Assembly: GCA_963732525.1 (NCBI GenBank)
Contig: CAVSZX010000029.1
Coordinates: forward strand, 3,458 to 67,457
From: an uncultured Alphaproteobacteria bacterium
GTDB taxonomy: Bacteria; Pseudomonadota; Alphaproteobacteria; Rhizobiales; Hyphomicrobiaceae
DNA: 64,000 bases
Direction: 5' to 3'
Part shown: positions 21,513 through 31,421 of the stretch, in pieces
Layout of the letters: each line of letters starts with the position of its first letter
Position numbering within the stretch: position 1 is the stretch's first letter
Notes under the pieces: generated by a model
The model's database searches: none
Seen by the model: only the letters and a program-made list of their open reading frames with translations
What the model was told of the DNA's origin: nothing
Translations under genes and position numbers: made by a program

Positions 21513-23204
21513 TCAGCGGACTTGCGCCAGGAGTTCGGCGCCGTGGACGACAATGCGATCCTTGGCCGAAATTCCAGCGGTGATCAGAACCTGCTCGCCG
21601 TCGAAGGGCTCGATGCGAACGGGACGGGGCACGAAGCGCTCGGGATCGAGGTGCTGCCAGACGATCATCTCGCCGCCCGCGCTTCGTACGACAGCGTCAC
21701 GCGGCAGCAGCATTCCGCGCAAGGTTTGGGCCTTCTTGGCGTACACGGTCACAGGCATACCGAGCGCCACGCTCGCCGGCGGGTTCTCGATGGCAAACTG
21801 CAGTTGCACGGCTTGTTGTTGCAGACTGCGGCCACGGCCGACATACTTGAGGGCCATCACCGCATTGTCGGGCCCGACGGCGCTGGCTTCGGTGATGGCG
21901 CCGGGATCAAGCTGATCGAAGACCAGGGCTTCGACCCAAAGTCCCTCAGGATCGACGATCTGGAACAGGATGTCCTGGCCCTGCACGACCTGTCCGGCGA
22001 CGACACGGCTCGCCGAAATGATGCCATCGATCGGCGCGGTCAGGACCTCGGGCAGGATCTTTGTTTCTCTCAGGCTCTCGGACCGGCGCTTGAGGTTTGA
22101 AATCTCGAGTTCGGTGTCCTCTATCTGGCTGCGTGGTGAAATGTTCGGCCCCAGGCGATTGAACCGCGCCAGTTTCTGTTCGGCCAGAAGCATCGCGCCT
22201 TCCAACTCGCGCTGCTTTTCGGCAATGGTCGATTGATCGGCGATTGGTATGGCGGGAACGACGGTTGCCAGGGTTTCGCCCTTCTTCACGCTTTGACCGA
22301 GCCGCGGCAAGCCGGCTTCCGCTGGGCTGACCCGGCCGCCGGCGATACTTTGGACGACGCCGGAGCGGTTAGGGTCGGAGATGATGCGGCCGACCAGCGT
22401 TGCGCCGCGATTGGCCTCACCTTCGATCGCCAGCTGCGTGCGCACCGTCATCAAGCGCTGCGACGCCTTGGGCAGAAACACGCTGCCGTCCGCCAGACGC
22501 CTCGGCACGTCGCCGGCGAGCGCCTCGCCCGATGGCGCCGGACTGGCTTCGTGACCCTCGTGTGCGCTGGCGTCGGGCGGCGAATAGGCGAGCGAGGCCA
22601 TGAGCAGGAATGACAGCGTCGCGGCACGGCGGCCGCCGAGCACAAATCCGATCAAGATGCCTGCGAGCAGGGCGACGGCGGCGATCCACAGGCGCGGATC
22701 GTTGATGAAGCCATTCGAAACCGGCTTCGGATCTTGCAGGATCGCGGCCGGAGCGGCAACGACCGCTGACACGTTCAGCGTCCCGGCCAAGAGATCGTCG
22801 CCGTCCTTGTGGCTGACGTTGAAAATGAGATCATGAGGCCCCGGTACCTCCAGCCCCTTGACGCTGGCACGGAAGGAGCCATCGGGGCGCGCTTCGGCGG
22901 CGACCGTGTCGGGCCCGGAGACAATCTCGATTTTGGCGTCGGTGACCGGTACGTTGCTGCCGTAACGGTCGAGAAAGATGGTGAGCTGGCTTCCTGTCGC
23001 GACGGCGACGATCTCGTAGGCGTCGGTTTGCACCGCGACCCTCGGCTTGACGGTCGATGGCAGGGACGAAGCCGGCGGCCCGTGGTCATGACCTTCGTGT
23101 GACGCGGCGAGGCCGGCGCCGGTCACGAGAAAGCCGAAAGCAACGAGACACGAGAACCATGAACGTAGGCGCGACGCTGCGCGAGAGAGGCAAATCGACG
23201 GCAT
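21513..23204 (-). CDS. RND periplasmic adaptor (MFP) with an extra N-terminal His-rich domain
   Basis: HEGHDHG and a second AHEGHE; lipoyl-like LTAPIDGII and C-terminal IVVHGAELLAQVR. Confidence 0.88.
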   Translation of the reverse strand: MPSICLSRAASRLRSWFSCLVAFGFLVTGAGLAASHEGHDHGPPASSLPSTVKPRVAVQTDAYEIVAVATGSQLTIFLDRYGSNVPVTDAKIEIVSGPDTVAAEARPDGSFRASVKGLEVPGPHDLIFNVSHKDGDDLLAGTLNVSAVVAAPAAILQDPKPVSNGFINDPRLWIAAVALLAGILIGFVLGGRRAATLSFLLMASLAYSPPDASAHEGHEASPAPSGEALAGDVPRRLADGSVFLPKASQRLMTVRTQLAIEGEANRGATLVGRIISDPNRSGVVQSIAGGRVSPAEAGLPRLGQSVKKGETLATVVPAIPIADQSTIAEKQRELEGAMLLAEQKLARFNRLGPNISPRSQIEDTELEISNLKRRSESLRETKILPEVLTAPIDGIISASRVVAGQVVQGQDILFQIVDPEGLWVEALVFDQLDPGAITEASAVGPDNAVMALKYVGRGRSLQQQAVQLQFAIENPPASVALGMPVTVYAKKAQTLRGMLLPRDAVVRSAGGEMIVWQHLDPERFVPRPVRIEPFDGEQVLITAGISAKDRIVVHGAELLAQVR

Positions 23205-23262
23205 GCTGAAAACCTTCCAGGAGATGCGCACGCTTCAGGCGCGCCCTGAGGCGCGCTGCGGA

Positions 23263-23676
23263 TCAAGACTGGTAGGTGGGTCTCGGCGGTTTGGCGGGCG
23301 TCGCGGGGCTAAGGCCTTCGCCGAGGATTGCCGCTATGGGCTGGACCATCGCGACGGGGTCGATCAAGGTCTTGGCGGCATTCTGCAACGGAAGCGTTAC
23401 GGCACTCACTGCCGAACAGCAATCTCCGCCCGGCTTGCCCTTGCCATGCTCGTGCGTCGCGTGGTTGCCGGCGGCACCGTCATTATGCTGGTGAACATGA
23501 TGCTGGTGAACATGACCTGCAGCGGAAGCCGCCGCGGCGACGATCGGTTCATGCTGGCCGCCATTCGGCGGATGTGCCACCAGCGCGACCGCTCCATGCC
23601 AAACGACAGCCACTGCCGCGACCATCATGGTCGCGCCAGCAACGTGGCGCCATGTCTTGCTTAGAGCCAATCGCAT
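23263..23676 (-). CDS. His/Cys-rich small protein (CzcI/DUF2946-like)
   Basis: HVHQHHVHQH, DCCS, C-terminal KPPR; first gene of the RND operon. Confidence 0.7.
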   Translation of the reverse strand: MRLALSKTWRHVAGATMMVAAVAVVWHGAVALVAHPPNGGQHEPIVAAAASAAGHVHQHHVHQHNDGAAGNHATHEHGKGKPGGDCCSAVSAVTLPLQNAAKTLIDPVAMVQPIAAILGEGLSPATPAKPPRPTYQS

Positions 23677-23913
23677 GCAGGCTGGATTTGTGCCTTGCTC
23701 GTGGCTTTGTCAAGTTCGGGTGCCAAACACTCGTAGCAAGGAATGACTAATGCCTGCGCGTCGGGTGATCGAACGACCTGAGACTGCCACATTAAACGCA
23801 AGCCCATTGGACGGGCCGGGAAGCATCGGCAGCGTTAACGCGCAATTGCAATTCCGTGGAAGCGCGCTTCGATGGACATCACACGTATGGAGCCCAGATG
23901 TGCCGCAGAAAGC

Positions 23914-23989
23914 TGGCGCCCCGTAGGGGACTCGAACCCCTGTTATCCACGTGAGAGGCGGACGTCCTAGGCCACTAGACGAACGGGGC
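23914..23989 (-). tRNA. tRNA-Glu (anticodon CTC)
   Basis: GCCCCGT acceptor stem, TCCGC-CTCTCAC-GTGGA anticodon arm, GGTTCGAGTCC T-arm, encoded CCA; 76 nt. Confidence 0.97.
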
Positions 23990-24094
23990 TGATCACGGTC
24001 GCAAACCTATAGGGGAGGCGGGCGCGCCGGGCAAGAGGCGAGTTCCGCGCCGCGGAAGGCGCTCCCCCATTTTCTACTCCGTATTTCCTCGTCG

Positions 24095-24491
24095 CTAATT
24101 CCTCGGCACGGCTTCCTGAGGCTTCACGTCGGCGATCCTGGCGCCCGTCTCGAGGTCGATGATGGCGATGCCGGCGCCGGCGGGGCCCTCATGGTGAACG
24201 GCGAGGCGATTGTCCGACAGCGAGACGGAGACGATTCTTGCGCCCTTCGGGAGTTCGAGCGCCAGGTCCTTGCCCGCGCCCGAAACCGTTACACTGGCAG
24301 CCGGGGCAGGCTTTGCGCCGCTCACCACCTGCGTCATTCTGATGGCGAGAGCCCCGAGCCCGAGGACGATCAGGAGGCCGAGGCCGGCGACGAGGATCTT
24401 GAGGTTGCGTTGCAGGCGCTGTTCGCGCATCACATCCTCGGGCGTCGGCCCCTGGTCCGTGGCGGTTCGATCGAGTGCTGTTGTCGGTCAT
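24095..24491 (-). CDS. Small single-TM hypothetical protein divergent from rluD (start 24491 if frameshifted, else 24433)
   Basis: TM segment then LPKGARIVSVSLSDNRLAV; such a gene typically lies opposite rluD in Rhizobiales. Confidence 0.7.
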
Positions 24492-24562
24492 CGGGCCTGT
24501 CCAATTCGACGGTCTGCGAACCCTTGGGTCGCGGGCAAGCGGAAATCCTGGTGTCGCGACGC

Positions 24563-25581
24563 ATGCATACAGTGAGGAATAGCGCAGCGATAGAGCGGCG
24601 AACCGCCGAGGTGGCGGCGGACGAGGCCGGCGTTCGTCTCGACCTCTGGCTGGCCGGCAGGTTTCCCGATTTCAGCCGGGCGCAGCTGCAACGCCTGATC
24701 GCCGCCGGCGAGGTGAGGCTCTGCGGTGAGCCGGTACTCGAAGCCCGGCGCAAGACCAGGCCCGGCGATCGCTACGAGGTCGCCATTCCGGAGCCCGAGG
24801 AAAGCACGGCGCAGGGCGAAGATATTCCCCTTGCGGTCGTCTACGAAGACAAAGACGTGATCGTCATCGACAAGCCGGCGGGGCTGGTCGTGCATCCGGC
24901 GGCGGGGCACGCCACCGGCACGCTCGTCAACGCGCTTATCGCCCACTGCGGCATAAGCCTCTCCGGCATCGGCGGCGTCAAACGTCCGGGCATCGTCCAC
25001 CGTCTCGATAAGGATACGTCGGGCCTTTTGGTCGTCGCCAAGACCGACGCGGCCCACAAGAGCCTGCACCGAGCAGTTCAAGAGCCACGGTGCCGACGGC
25101 CGCCTCGCTCGCGTCTACCAGGCGCTGTGCTGGGGTGTTCCGGATCGAAAGCAGGGCGTGATCGACGTGCCGCTGCAGCGCAGCGCCAGCAACCGCACCA
25201 AGATAGCGGTGGCGCGCGGACAAGGCGGGCGACGCGCCGTCACGCATTACCAAGTGCTCGAGACCTTCTAGGGCAGAAGCGGTAAAGACGTCGCCGCGCT
25301 GGTCCAACTCGAATTGGAGACGGGCCGGACGCATCAAATCCGCGTGCATCTGGCGCATATCGGCCATCCCGTTCTGGGAGATGCAACCTATGGCGCGGGC
25401 TTCAAAACGCCGCCGGGCGCTGCTGCCGGAAAAGGCTGCCGAAGCGCTGGAAAGCCTGAACCGTCAAGCACTTCACGCCGCCCGTCTCGCCTTCGTGCAG
25501 CCGAAAAGCGGCAAGAACCTCGCCTTCGACAGCCCGTTACCCAAGGAAATTCAGAAGCTTATTGCAGCGCTGCGAAAATAG
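24563..25581 (+). CDS. rluD: RluA-family 23S pseudouridine synthase RluD; apparent frameshifts
   Basis: S4 domain, [39 protein letters not shown]. Confidence 0.93.
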
Positions 25582-25859
25582 CGGGGCCACCCGACGTGCT
25601 GCGGAGTTAAGGCTTAATGCGCTGAATTTGCATGAGGAATTTAATCCCCGCTGCAGTCGTGGTCACGTAGTCTTGAAGACCGCGTTGTCGGCGGATCTCG
25701 CAATTCGACGTCTAACGCTTATGTAACGGGCGCCGGAATTGAACGTCCTTTACGTTGTGTAGAGAAACTTCATTCGGTCGAAGCGCGTTCTACAGGCGAG
25801 CTTCGCTAACGGAGGGCCCAGCCAAACCGGAAACGGGGGAAGGCGGGCATCGAAAAGAA

Positions 25860-26766
25860 ATGGCATCCAGCGCGTTTCCGACGATCGCAGGCGGTTCGCT
25901 CGGGCTTTCGAAGTATCTCGAGGAAATCCGCAAGTTCCCGATGCTCGAGCCGTGCGAGGAATTCATGCTCGCCAAACGTTGGCAGCAGCATCAGGACTCG
26001 GATGCGGCCGAGAAACTCGTCACGTCGCATCTTCGTCTCGTGGCGCGCATCGCCATGGGCTATCGCGGCTATGGTCTGCCCATCGGCGAAGTCATCTCCG
26101 AAGGCAACGTCGGCCTGATGCAGGCCGTGAAGCGGTTCGAGCCCGACAAGGGCTTCCGCCTCGCGACCTATGCCATGTGGTGGATTCGCGCCTCGATCCA
26201 GGAATACATCCTGCGCTCGTGGAGCCTCGTCAAAATGGGCACCACGGCGGCGCAGAAGAAGCTGTTCTTCAACCTGCGCCGCGCCAAGAGCCAGCTGCAG
26301 GCGCTGGAGGAAGGCGACCTGAAGCCGGAGCACGTCAAGAAGATCGCCCACAAGCTCGGCGTCTCCGAGGCCGACGTGGTGTCGATGAACCGGCGTCTCG
26401 GCGGCGACAGTTCGCTCAATGCGCCGGTGCGTGCGGATTCCGAATCCGGCGAATGGCAGGACTGGCTCGTCGACGATACGCCGAGCCAGGAGGACCGCCT
26501 GGTCGAGGAAGAGGAATTCTCGCGGCGCAAGTCGTACTCTGACGAGCGCCATGTCGGTCCTGAACGAGCGCGAGCGGCAGATTTTCGAAGCCCGCCGCCT
26601 GCGTGAGGAGCCGGCAACGCTCGAGGATCTTTCGACCGAGTTCGGCGTCAGCCGCGAGCGAATCCGCCAGATCGAGGTGCGTGCCTTCGAGAAGGTGCAG
26701 AAGGCGGTGCAGTCTTCCGCCCGCCGTGGCGAGACGGCGCCGGCCTTGCGCCAGGCTGCCGGTTGA
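25860..26766 (+). CDS. rpoH: RNA polymerase sigma-32 factor; apparent frameshift near 26540
   Basis: RpoH box QKKLFFNLR, SHLRLV, GVSRERIRQIE; follows rluD. Confidence 0.96.
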
Positions 26767-26871
26767 CGAACGCCGGCTCGAACGGCTAGCAGACAAGAAG
26801 GGCATCGCCTCCGGGTGGTGCCCTTCGTTTATGTACTCGAGCCGTATCGTCATCTGGGCAGGTCAGAACCC

Positions 26872-27811
26872 ATGCGCCGCCGTTTTGCCCTGGTCTTCAA
26901 TGCGCGCGCCGGTGTGCCGAGGCCGCGGCTGCTGAAGGCCGTCATGCATCGTCTGGCGCTGACCAAGACGGAAGTTTTTCCGATCATTGCGACCAGCGCC
27001 GAAGACGCGACACGGCAAGTGTGCCGAGGCGGCGAAAGAGGGGCACCTCGACGCCGTCATCGCCGCCGGCGGCGACGGCACCATCCGCGCGGTCGCGGCG
27101 GGGGCCGCCGGAACGCCGCTTGCCGTCGGCGTCATTCCGCTCGGCACCGGCAATGTGCTCAAATACGAAATCGGGCTCAGTGCGCGTGCCGCCGACATTG
27201 CCGCGACGCTGCTCGAAGGACCCGAGATCGAAATCCAGGGTGGCACGGTCAACGGCGCACCGTTTTTTCTCATGGTTGGCGCCGGCTTCGACGCGCGCAT
27301 CGTTGCCGCCTTGAACCAGAGGACCAAGCGCCTCCTCGGCCGCGCGGCCTATGGCGGCCCGGTGCTGAAGACGCTCGCCGCCGGGCCCGACACTCTCGAC
27401 GTCGAAGTCGACGGTGTCGCGCACCGGGCGAGCTGGGTCATCGTCTCCAACGCCTCGCGTTACGGCGGCTCTTTCACGCTGACCAAGGGCACGCAACTCG
27501 GCGCCGATGGTCTGGTCGCGGTGATGGTCAAGGGTACGTCGCGACTTTCTCTCCTGCGCGCCTCCCTGGCGCTGGCGCTCGGCCGGCTCGCGGACCCGGC
27601 AAAACGCCCGGGCGACGTGCTGGCGCTGCCGGCGCGCCGCGTGCGCATCTCGTCACTTACGCCCGTACCCTTGGAGATCGACGGCGACGAGGGCGGAACG
27701 ACGCCGGCCGAGATCGATGCCGCGGGGCCACGCGTCAGACTGATCGTTCCAGCCGCTTATGTTGCCGATCTCACGGATCGTCACACAAATCACGTACCAT
27801 CGGTATTGTGA
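26872..27811 (+). CDS. Diacylglycerol/lipid kinase family protein; apparent frameshift near 27015
   Basis: VFNARAG, AAGGDGTI, IPLGTGN, GAGFDA, YGG, IDGD. Confidence 0.9.
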
Positions 27812-28172
27812 GTGGTTGCATTGATCGGGTTCGGCTGACGAACTCCGGCTGATACAACACTGTGCGAGCGTCAGAGCGAGAGCAAAGGTCGGATGTCCTT
27901 TCCTTCTCTGAACCGGTTCCGACGTGACCGGCAGACGGCTTCAGGCGGCGCGTGGCAGCTAAGGATAGGGCTGCCCGAGGGAGCGCCATCGGAGCCCCGG
28001 CTTTATCAACTCACGGATCTGTCCACCCCACCCCGCACTTCAAAACTGTGTTTCAACCGTGTGCACGATAACCAGCGAGCCCGCGTGCTGGAAAATCGTG
28101 CGCGTGCCGGCGCAGTGCGAACACCGGGTCTTATCGGACCCGGTTGCGGACACGATGATGACGGAGTGCCTC

Positions 28173-28313
28173 ATGCAGAAGCGCTTATCCCGACCATCCA
28201 AGACCACGGCAGCCAGACGGCGAGGTACGGAGCAGGTCTCCGGGCGCGAGCCGCGCTGGTTGTTTCTTCTGCTCTGGCAGCAGCACAAAAAACACCCCCC
28301 ATGTAGGACTTGA
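28173..28313 (+). CDS. Candidate 46-aa small ORF inside a structured intergenic region
   Basis: GGAG RBS 6 nt before ATG; strong terminator downstream; no recognisable family. Confidence 0.35.
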   Translation: MQKRLSRPSKTTAARRRGTEQVSGREPRWLFLLLWQQHKKHPPCRT

Positions 28314-28366
28314 CTGGGCATCAGCCTTGGGCCGCGTGCGATGCGGCTTGGCCACGATTGAAATGG

Positions 28367-28397
28367 AAAGGCCAGCTCCTCAGAGCTGGCCTTTTTT
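28367..28397 (+). terminator. Rho-independent terminator (may be bidirectional)
   Basis: AAAGGCCAGCTC-ctca-GAGCTGGCCTTTTTT. Confidence 0.85.
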
Positions 28398-28414
28398 CAT
28401 TTGGCGACGAGCAT

Positions 28415-28533
28415 CCCCTCTCCCCGTTCTTCACGGGGAGAGGGTTAGGGTGAGGGGCGGCGCCAAACTCATTGCGAACGGCCGCCCCTCACCCCGACCC
28501 TCTCCCCATCAAGTGCAGCGATGGGGAGAGGGA
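28415..28533. repeat. REP-like palindromic element, CCCTCTCCCC...GGGAGAGGG family
   Basis: CCCTCTCCCCGT..ACGGGGAGAGGG, GGGTGAGGGG..CCCCTCACCC, CCCTCTCCCCATC..GATGGGGAGAGGG. Confidence 0.85.
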
Positions 28534-28535
28534 GA

Positions 28536-29804
28536 CTACATCGGCATCAGGGCGACTTGATTGGAGAAGTAGTTGTCGATGGCGGTCGCGATCGATTCCG
28601 CCACCTTCTCGCGCCATTCGTCCGACTTCAGATTGCGAGCGTCCTGCAGGTTGGAGACGTAGGCGAGCTCGATCAGGACGGAGGGAAACTGCGCCGTCTT
28701 CAAGACGCGGAACGCCGCCTGCTGGTCCGGCTCGTCGCGCATTGTCGTGCTTTCGCTCATGTTGGCGATCACCGACTTGGCGAAAAGATCGGTGCGGTCC
28801 TTGGTCCTCTGCACGTCGCGCTCGGCAAGATCGGCAAGGATATTGGTGACGGCGGACGTGTCCTCGCCGCCGCTCCTTACGGCCTTCATTTCGTTGGGCG
28901 AGAGCCGGTCTTGGGTCGAATTCCTGAGACTGGACGCGACGTTGTCGCGCAGCGAAAAGATGGTGGCGCCGCGGGCGCGGGTGCCGGCATAGTCGGCGTG
29001 GATGGCAATAAAGAGGTTGGCGCCGTTGCGCTCGGCGTAGGCGCGGCGCTCGTCCAGCTCGATGAAGACGTCCTTGTCGCGGGTCATCATGACCTTATAG
29101 CGCCCCGTGGCCTCGAGCTGCTCGCGCAGCGTCTGGCTGAAGGCGAGGACGACGTTCTTCTCGACGGTACCGTTCTTGCTGGCGCCCGAATCCATGCCAC
29201 CGTGGCCGGGATCGAGGACAATGACGGGCTTGAAGGCGCGGGCCGCGCGCTGGCGCGGGCTCTCGGCGGGCTTCGGCAGAGGCGGTTGTACGCCGGTGGC
29301 GCCGAGACCGTTGGGCTGCGTCTTGAAATTCTTGCGCGCGCCTTTGCGCATTGCTGCTTCGGCGGGAAGGATATCGAGGGCGAGGCGGTAGCTGCCGTCC
29401 TTCACCTTTTCCGTCCTTGCGGTATCGACGACGACGGGCTGCGTCACGTCGATGACGACGCGGGTCTTGCCCGGTGCCGCAAGGCCGCCGCGGAAGGATT
29501 TGACCAGTCCCTTGGCGCCATCGCGGGCGTCGGGCAGCTGCAGTTTCACGTCGGGAAGCTCGATCACCACGCGATTGGGATTGGAAAGCGTTATGACGTC
29601 GAACTCGCAATCGCAGTTGAGGCCGATGACGAAGCGCGTGTGCATCTCGTCCGGCGTGGCGATGGCCTGGACGGGATTGTCGGCAACAGCGGCTTGCGTC
29701 TCAACGATCTGAACTTCCTCTGCGCTTACCGGCAGCGAAAGCAGGATTGCAAGACTGGCGGCCGCAGCGCAGGCGAAGCCGCGCAGGAACCCATAACGTA
29801 TCAC
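28536..29804 (-). CDS. amiC: N-acetylmuramoyl-L-alanine amidase (AMIN + Amidase_3)
   Basis: PNRVVIEL AMIN motif; VLDPGHGG.D.GA, EKNVVL, FIAIHAD, PSVLIELAY. Confidence 0.92.
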   Translation of the reverse strand: MIRYGFLRGFACAAAASLAILLSLPVSAEEVQIVETQAAVADNPVQAIATPDEMHTRFVIGLNCDCEFDVITLSNPNRVVIELPDVKLQLPDARDGAKGLVKSFRGGLAAPGKTRVVIDVTQPVVVDTARTEKVKDGSYRLALDILPAEAAMRKGARKNFKTQPNGLGATGVQPPLPKPAESPRQRAARAFKPVIVLDPGHGGMDSGASKNGTVEKNVVLAFSQTLREQLEATGRYKVMMTRDKDVFIELDERRAYAERNGANLFIAIHADYAGTRARGATIFSLRDNVASSLRNSTQDRLSPNEMKAVRSGGEDTSAVTNILADLAERDVQRTKDRTDLFAKSVIANMSESTTMRDEPDQQAAFRVLKTAQFPSVLIELAYVSNLQDARNLKSDEWREKVAESIATAIDNYFSNQVALMPM

Positions 29805-29932
29805 TCGAATGACCCCCGTCCAGGCGCAACTCCCTCTTCCTCAGGGGTTGCGAGACCAGATGGATATTGCCTGTGAAGATGGCGGTTTGACGGACTTCGG
29901 CAGGCGTTATTTGGGTTATCGCCCGGTTCGTC

Positions 29933-29948
29933 TTAAGACTGTCTTAAC
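29933..29948. promoter_or_regulatory. CtrA binding box upstream of amiC
   Basis: Perfect TTAA-GACTGTC-TTAAC about 130 bp before the start. Confidence 0.7.
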
Positions 29949-29980
29949 GGCTGCGTCGAGCCGGTGATTCGCCGAAGGAC

Positions 29981-30475
29981 TTATCTCGGGTGAGAGCCTT
30001 TGCGCGTGTCGTCTTGCCAGCGCTCCGCTTGTTCGCCGTCGCAGTCGCGGGCATCGACCCAGCGGCCGGCGCCCGACGCGTCCGTTTCCTTCTTCCAGAA
30101 GGGGGCGCGGGTCTTCAGGTAATCCATCAGAAACTCGCAAGCCGCGAAGGCGTCACCGCGGTGGCGCGAGGCGGTGATGACGAGCACGATGTTGTCGCCG
30201 GGTATGAGCGTGCCGACGCGATGCACGATTGAGCTGGCGGCGAGCGAAAAGCGTTGCACGGCTTCGGCCTCGATGCGCGCGAGTTCGTCTTCGGTCATGC
30301 CGGGATAATGTTCGAGCGACATCGAGACCAGTGGCGAGGTATGCGGCGCTCCCGCGTCACCGCCGCGCACCTTGCCGATGAAGGTCGCGACCGCGCCGAT
30401 GTCGTGCTTTGCCGCCGTCAAGGCGTCGATTTCCGCCGAGACATCGAAGTCAGCTTCCTGGACGCGGACGCTCAT
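29981..30475 (-). CDS. moaE: Molybdopterin synthase catalytic subunit
   Basis: GAVATFIG.VR, LEHYPGM, HRVG.L, MDYLKTRAPFWKKE. Confidence 0.96.
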   Translation of the reverse strand: MSVRVQEADFDVSAEIDALTAAKHDIGAVATFIGKVRGGDAGAPHTSPLVSMSLEHYPGMTEDELARIEAEAVQRFSLAASSIVHRVGTLIPGDNIVLVITASRHRGDAFAACEFLMDYLKTRAPFWKKETDASGAGRWVDARDCDGEQAERWQDDTRKGSHPR

Positions 30476-30482
30476 GCGACGC

Positions 30483-30761
30483 TCAGCCTCCGGTGACGGG
30501 CGGGAAGAAGGCGATTTCGCGGGCGCCGCCGATCCTGGCGTCGGCCTTGACGTGGGCCTTGTCGAGCGCGGCGCGGACACTGCCGGTGTTGGCGAACGCG
30601 GCCTCGAATTCAGGACCCCGAAGGCGCAGGAACTGCACGAGATCGGCAATGGTGGCGATGTCGTCGCCTAGCGAAATCGTCTCTTGGCTGACGCCCGTCT
30701 TCTCGCGCACCCAGGCGAAGTAGCGCACGACGATCTCGCGGGGTTTGGACTCGACGGTCAT
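30483..30761 (-). CDS. moaD: Molybdopterin synthase sulfur carrier subunit
   Basis: YFAWVRE, C-terminal EIAFFPPVTGG. Confidence 0.96.
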   Translation of the reverse strand: MTVESKPREIVVRYFAWVREKTGVSQETISLGDDIATIADLVQFLRLRGPEFEAAFANTGSVRAALDKAHVKADARIGGAREIAFFPPVTGG

Positions 30762-30765
30762 GGCG

Positions 30766-31353
30766 TCAATGCTCGATGGCGTGGCGGATGCCGGCCTTCA
30801 GGTAGTCATAGCCGGTATAAAGGGTGAGGATCGCCGAGATCCACAAGATCAGCAACCCGAGGTAGGAGGCCTGCGGAAAGAACGAGGCCGCCGCCGGCCC
30901 GGCGAGCAGCAGGCCGAGGGCGACGAATTGCGCCGTCGTCTTCCACTTGGCGAGCTGCGTCACATGGATCTTGACGTTGAGTTCGGCAAGGAATTCGCGC
31001 AGCCCTGAAACCAGAATTTCGCGCGACAGGATGATGACTGCAGCCAGGATCGAGACGCCGGCAATCGTCTGATCGTAGACGAGCATCATCAGCGTCGCCC
31101 CGACGAGCAGCTTGTCGGCGATGGGGTCGAGCATGCGGCCGAGCGCCGACTGCTGCTCCCAGATGCGGGCGAGATAACCGTCGAGCCAATCGGTGATGGA
31201 AGCGACGACGAAGACCGCGAAGGCCAGCCAGCGCGCCGACGCCTTGTCGGAGAAAAACAGCATGGCGACGAGCACCGGCACCGCCACGATGCGGCCATAG
31301 GTCAGGATGTTCGGCAGGCTGGTCAGGATGGGGCGGCGGGCGGCTTGTTCCAT
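30766..31353 (-). CDS. pgsA: Phosphatidylglycerophosphate synthase
   Basis: LPNILT, TDWLDGYLAR, GRMLDPIADK, REILVSGLRE, AKWKT. Confidence 0.96.
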   Translation of the reverse strand: MEQAARRPILTSLPNILTYGRIVAVPVLVAMLFFSDKASARWLAFAVFVVASITDWLDGYLARIWEQQSALGRMLDPIADKLLVGATLMMLVYDQTIAGVSILAAVIILSREILVSGLREFLAELNVKIHVTQLAKWKTTAQFVALGLLLAGPAAASFFPQASYLGLLILWISAILTLYTGYDYLKAGIRHAIEH

Positions 31354-31421
31354 GCCCTTGGCTAACCCCTTGCAATGCGGCCCGTCAATGGCTTGGCCTC
31401 GCTTTGTTCATCACGCGGTCG

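Noticed and set aside
15430-23989. Intact integrative element at tRNA-Glu
   Set aside because: No integrase and no second copy of the tRNA 3' end seen at the far side of the metal cassette
25607-25760. Sigma-32 promoter and CtrA box upstream of rpoH (CTTGAA at 25672; CTAA-N7-GTAAC at 25712)
   Set aside because: Poor -10 element and two mismatches in the box; too weak to call
27880-28397. tmRNA, RNase P RNA, 6S RNA or speF/alpha-r45 RNA
   Set aside because: No tag-peptide frame, no GAGGAAAGTCC core, and the wrong gene context for 6S or speF; only fleeting similarity
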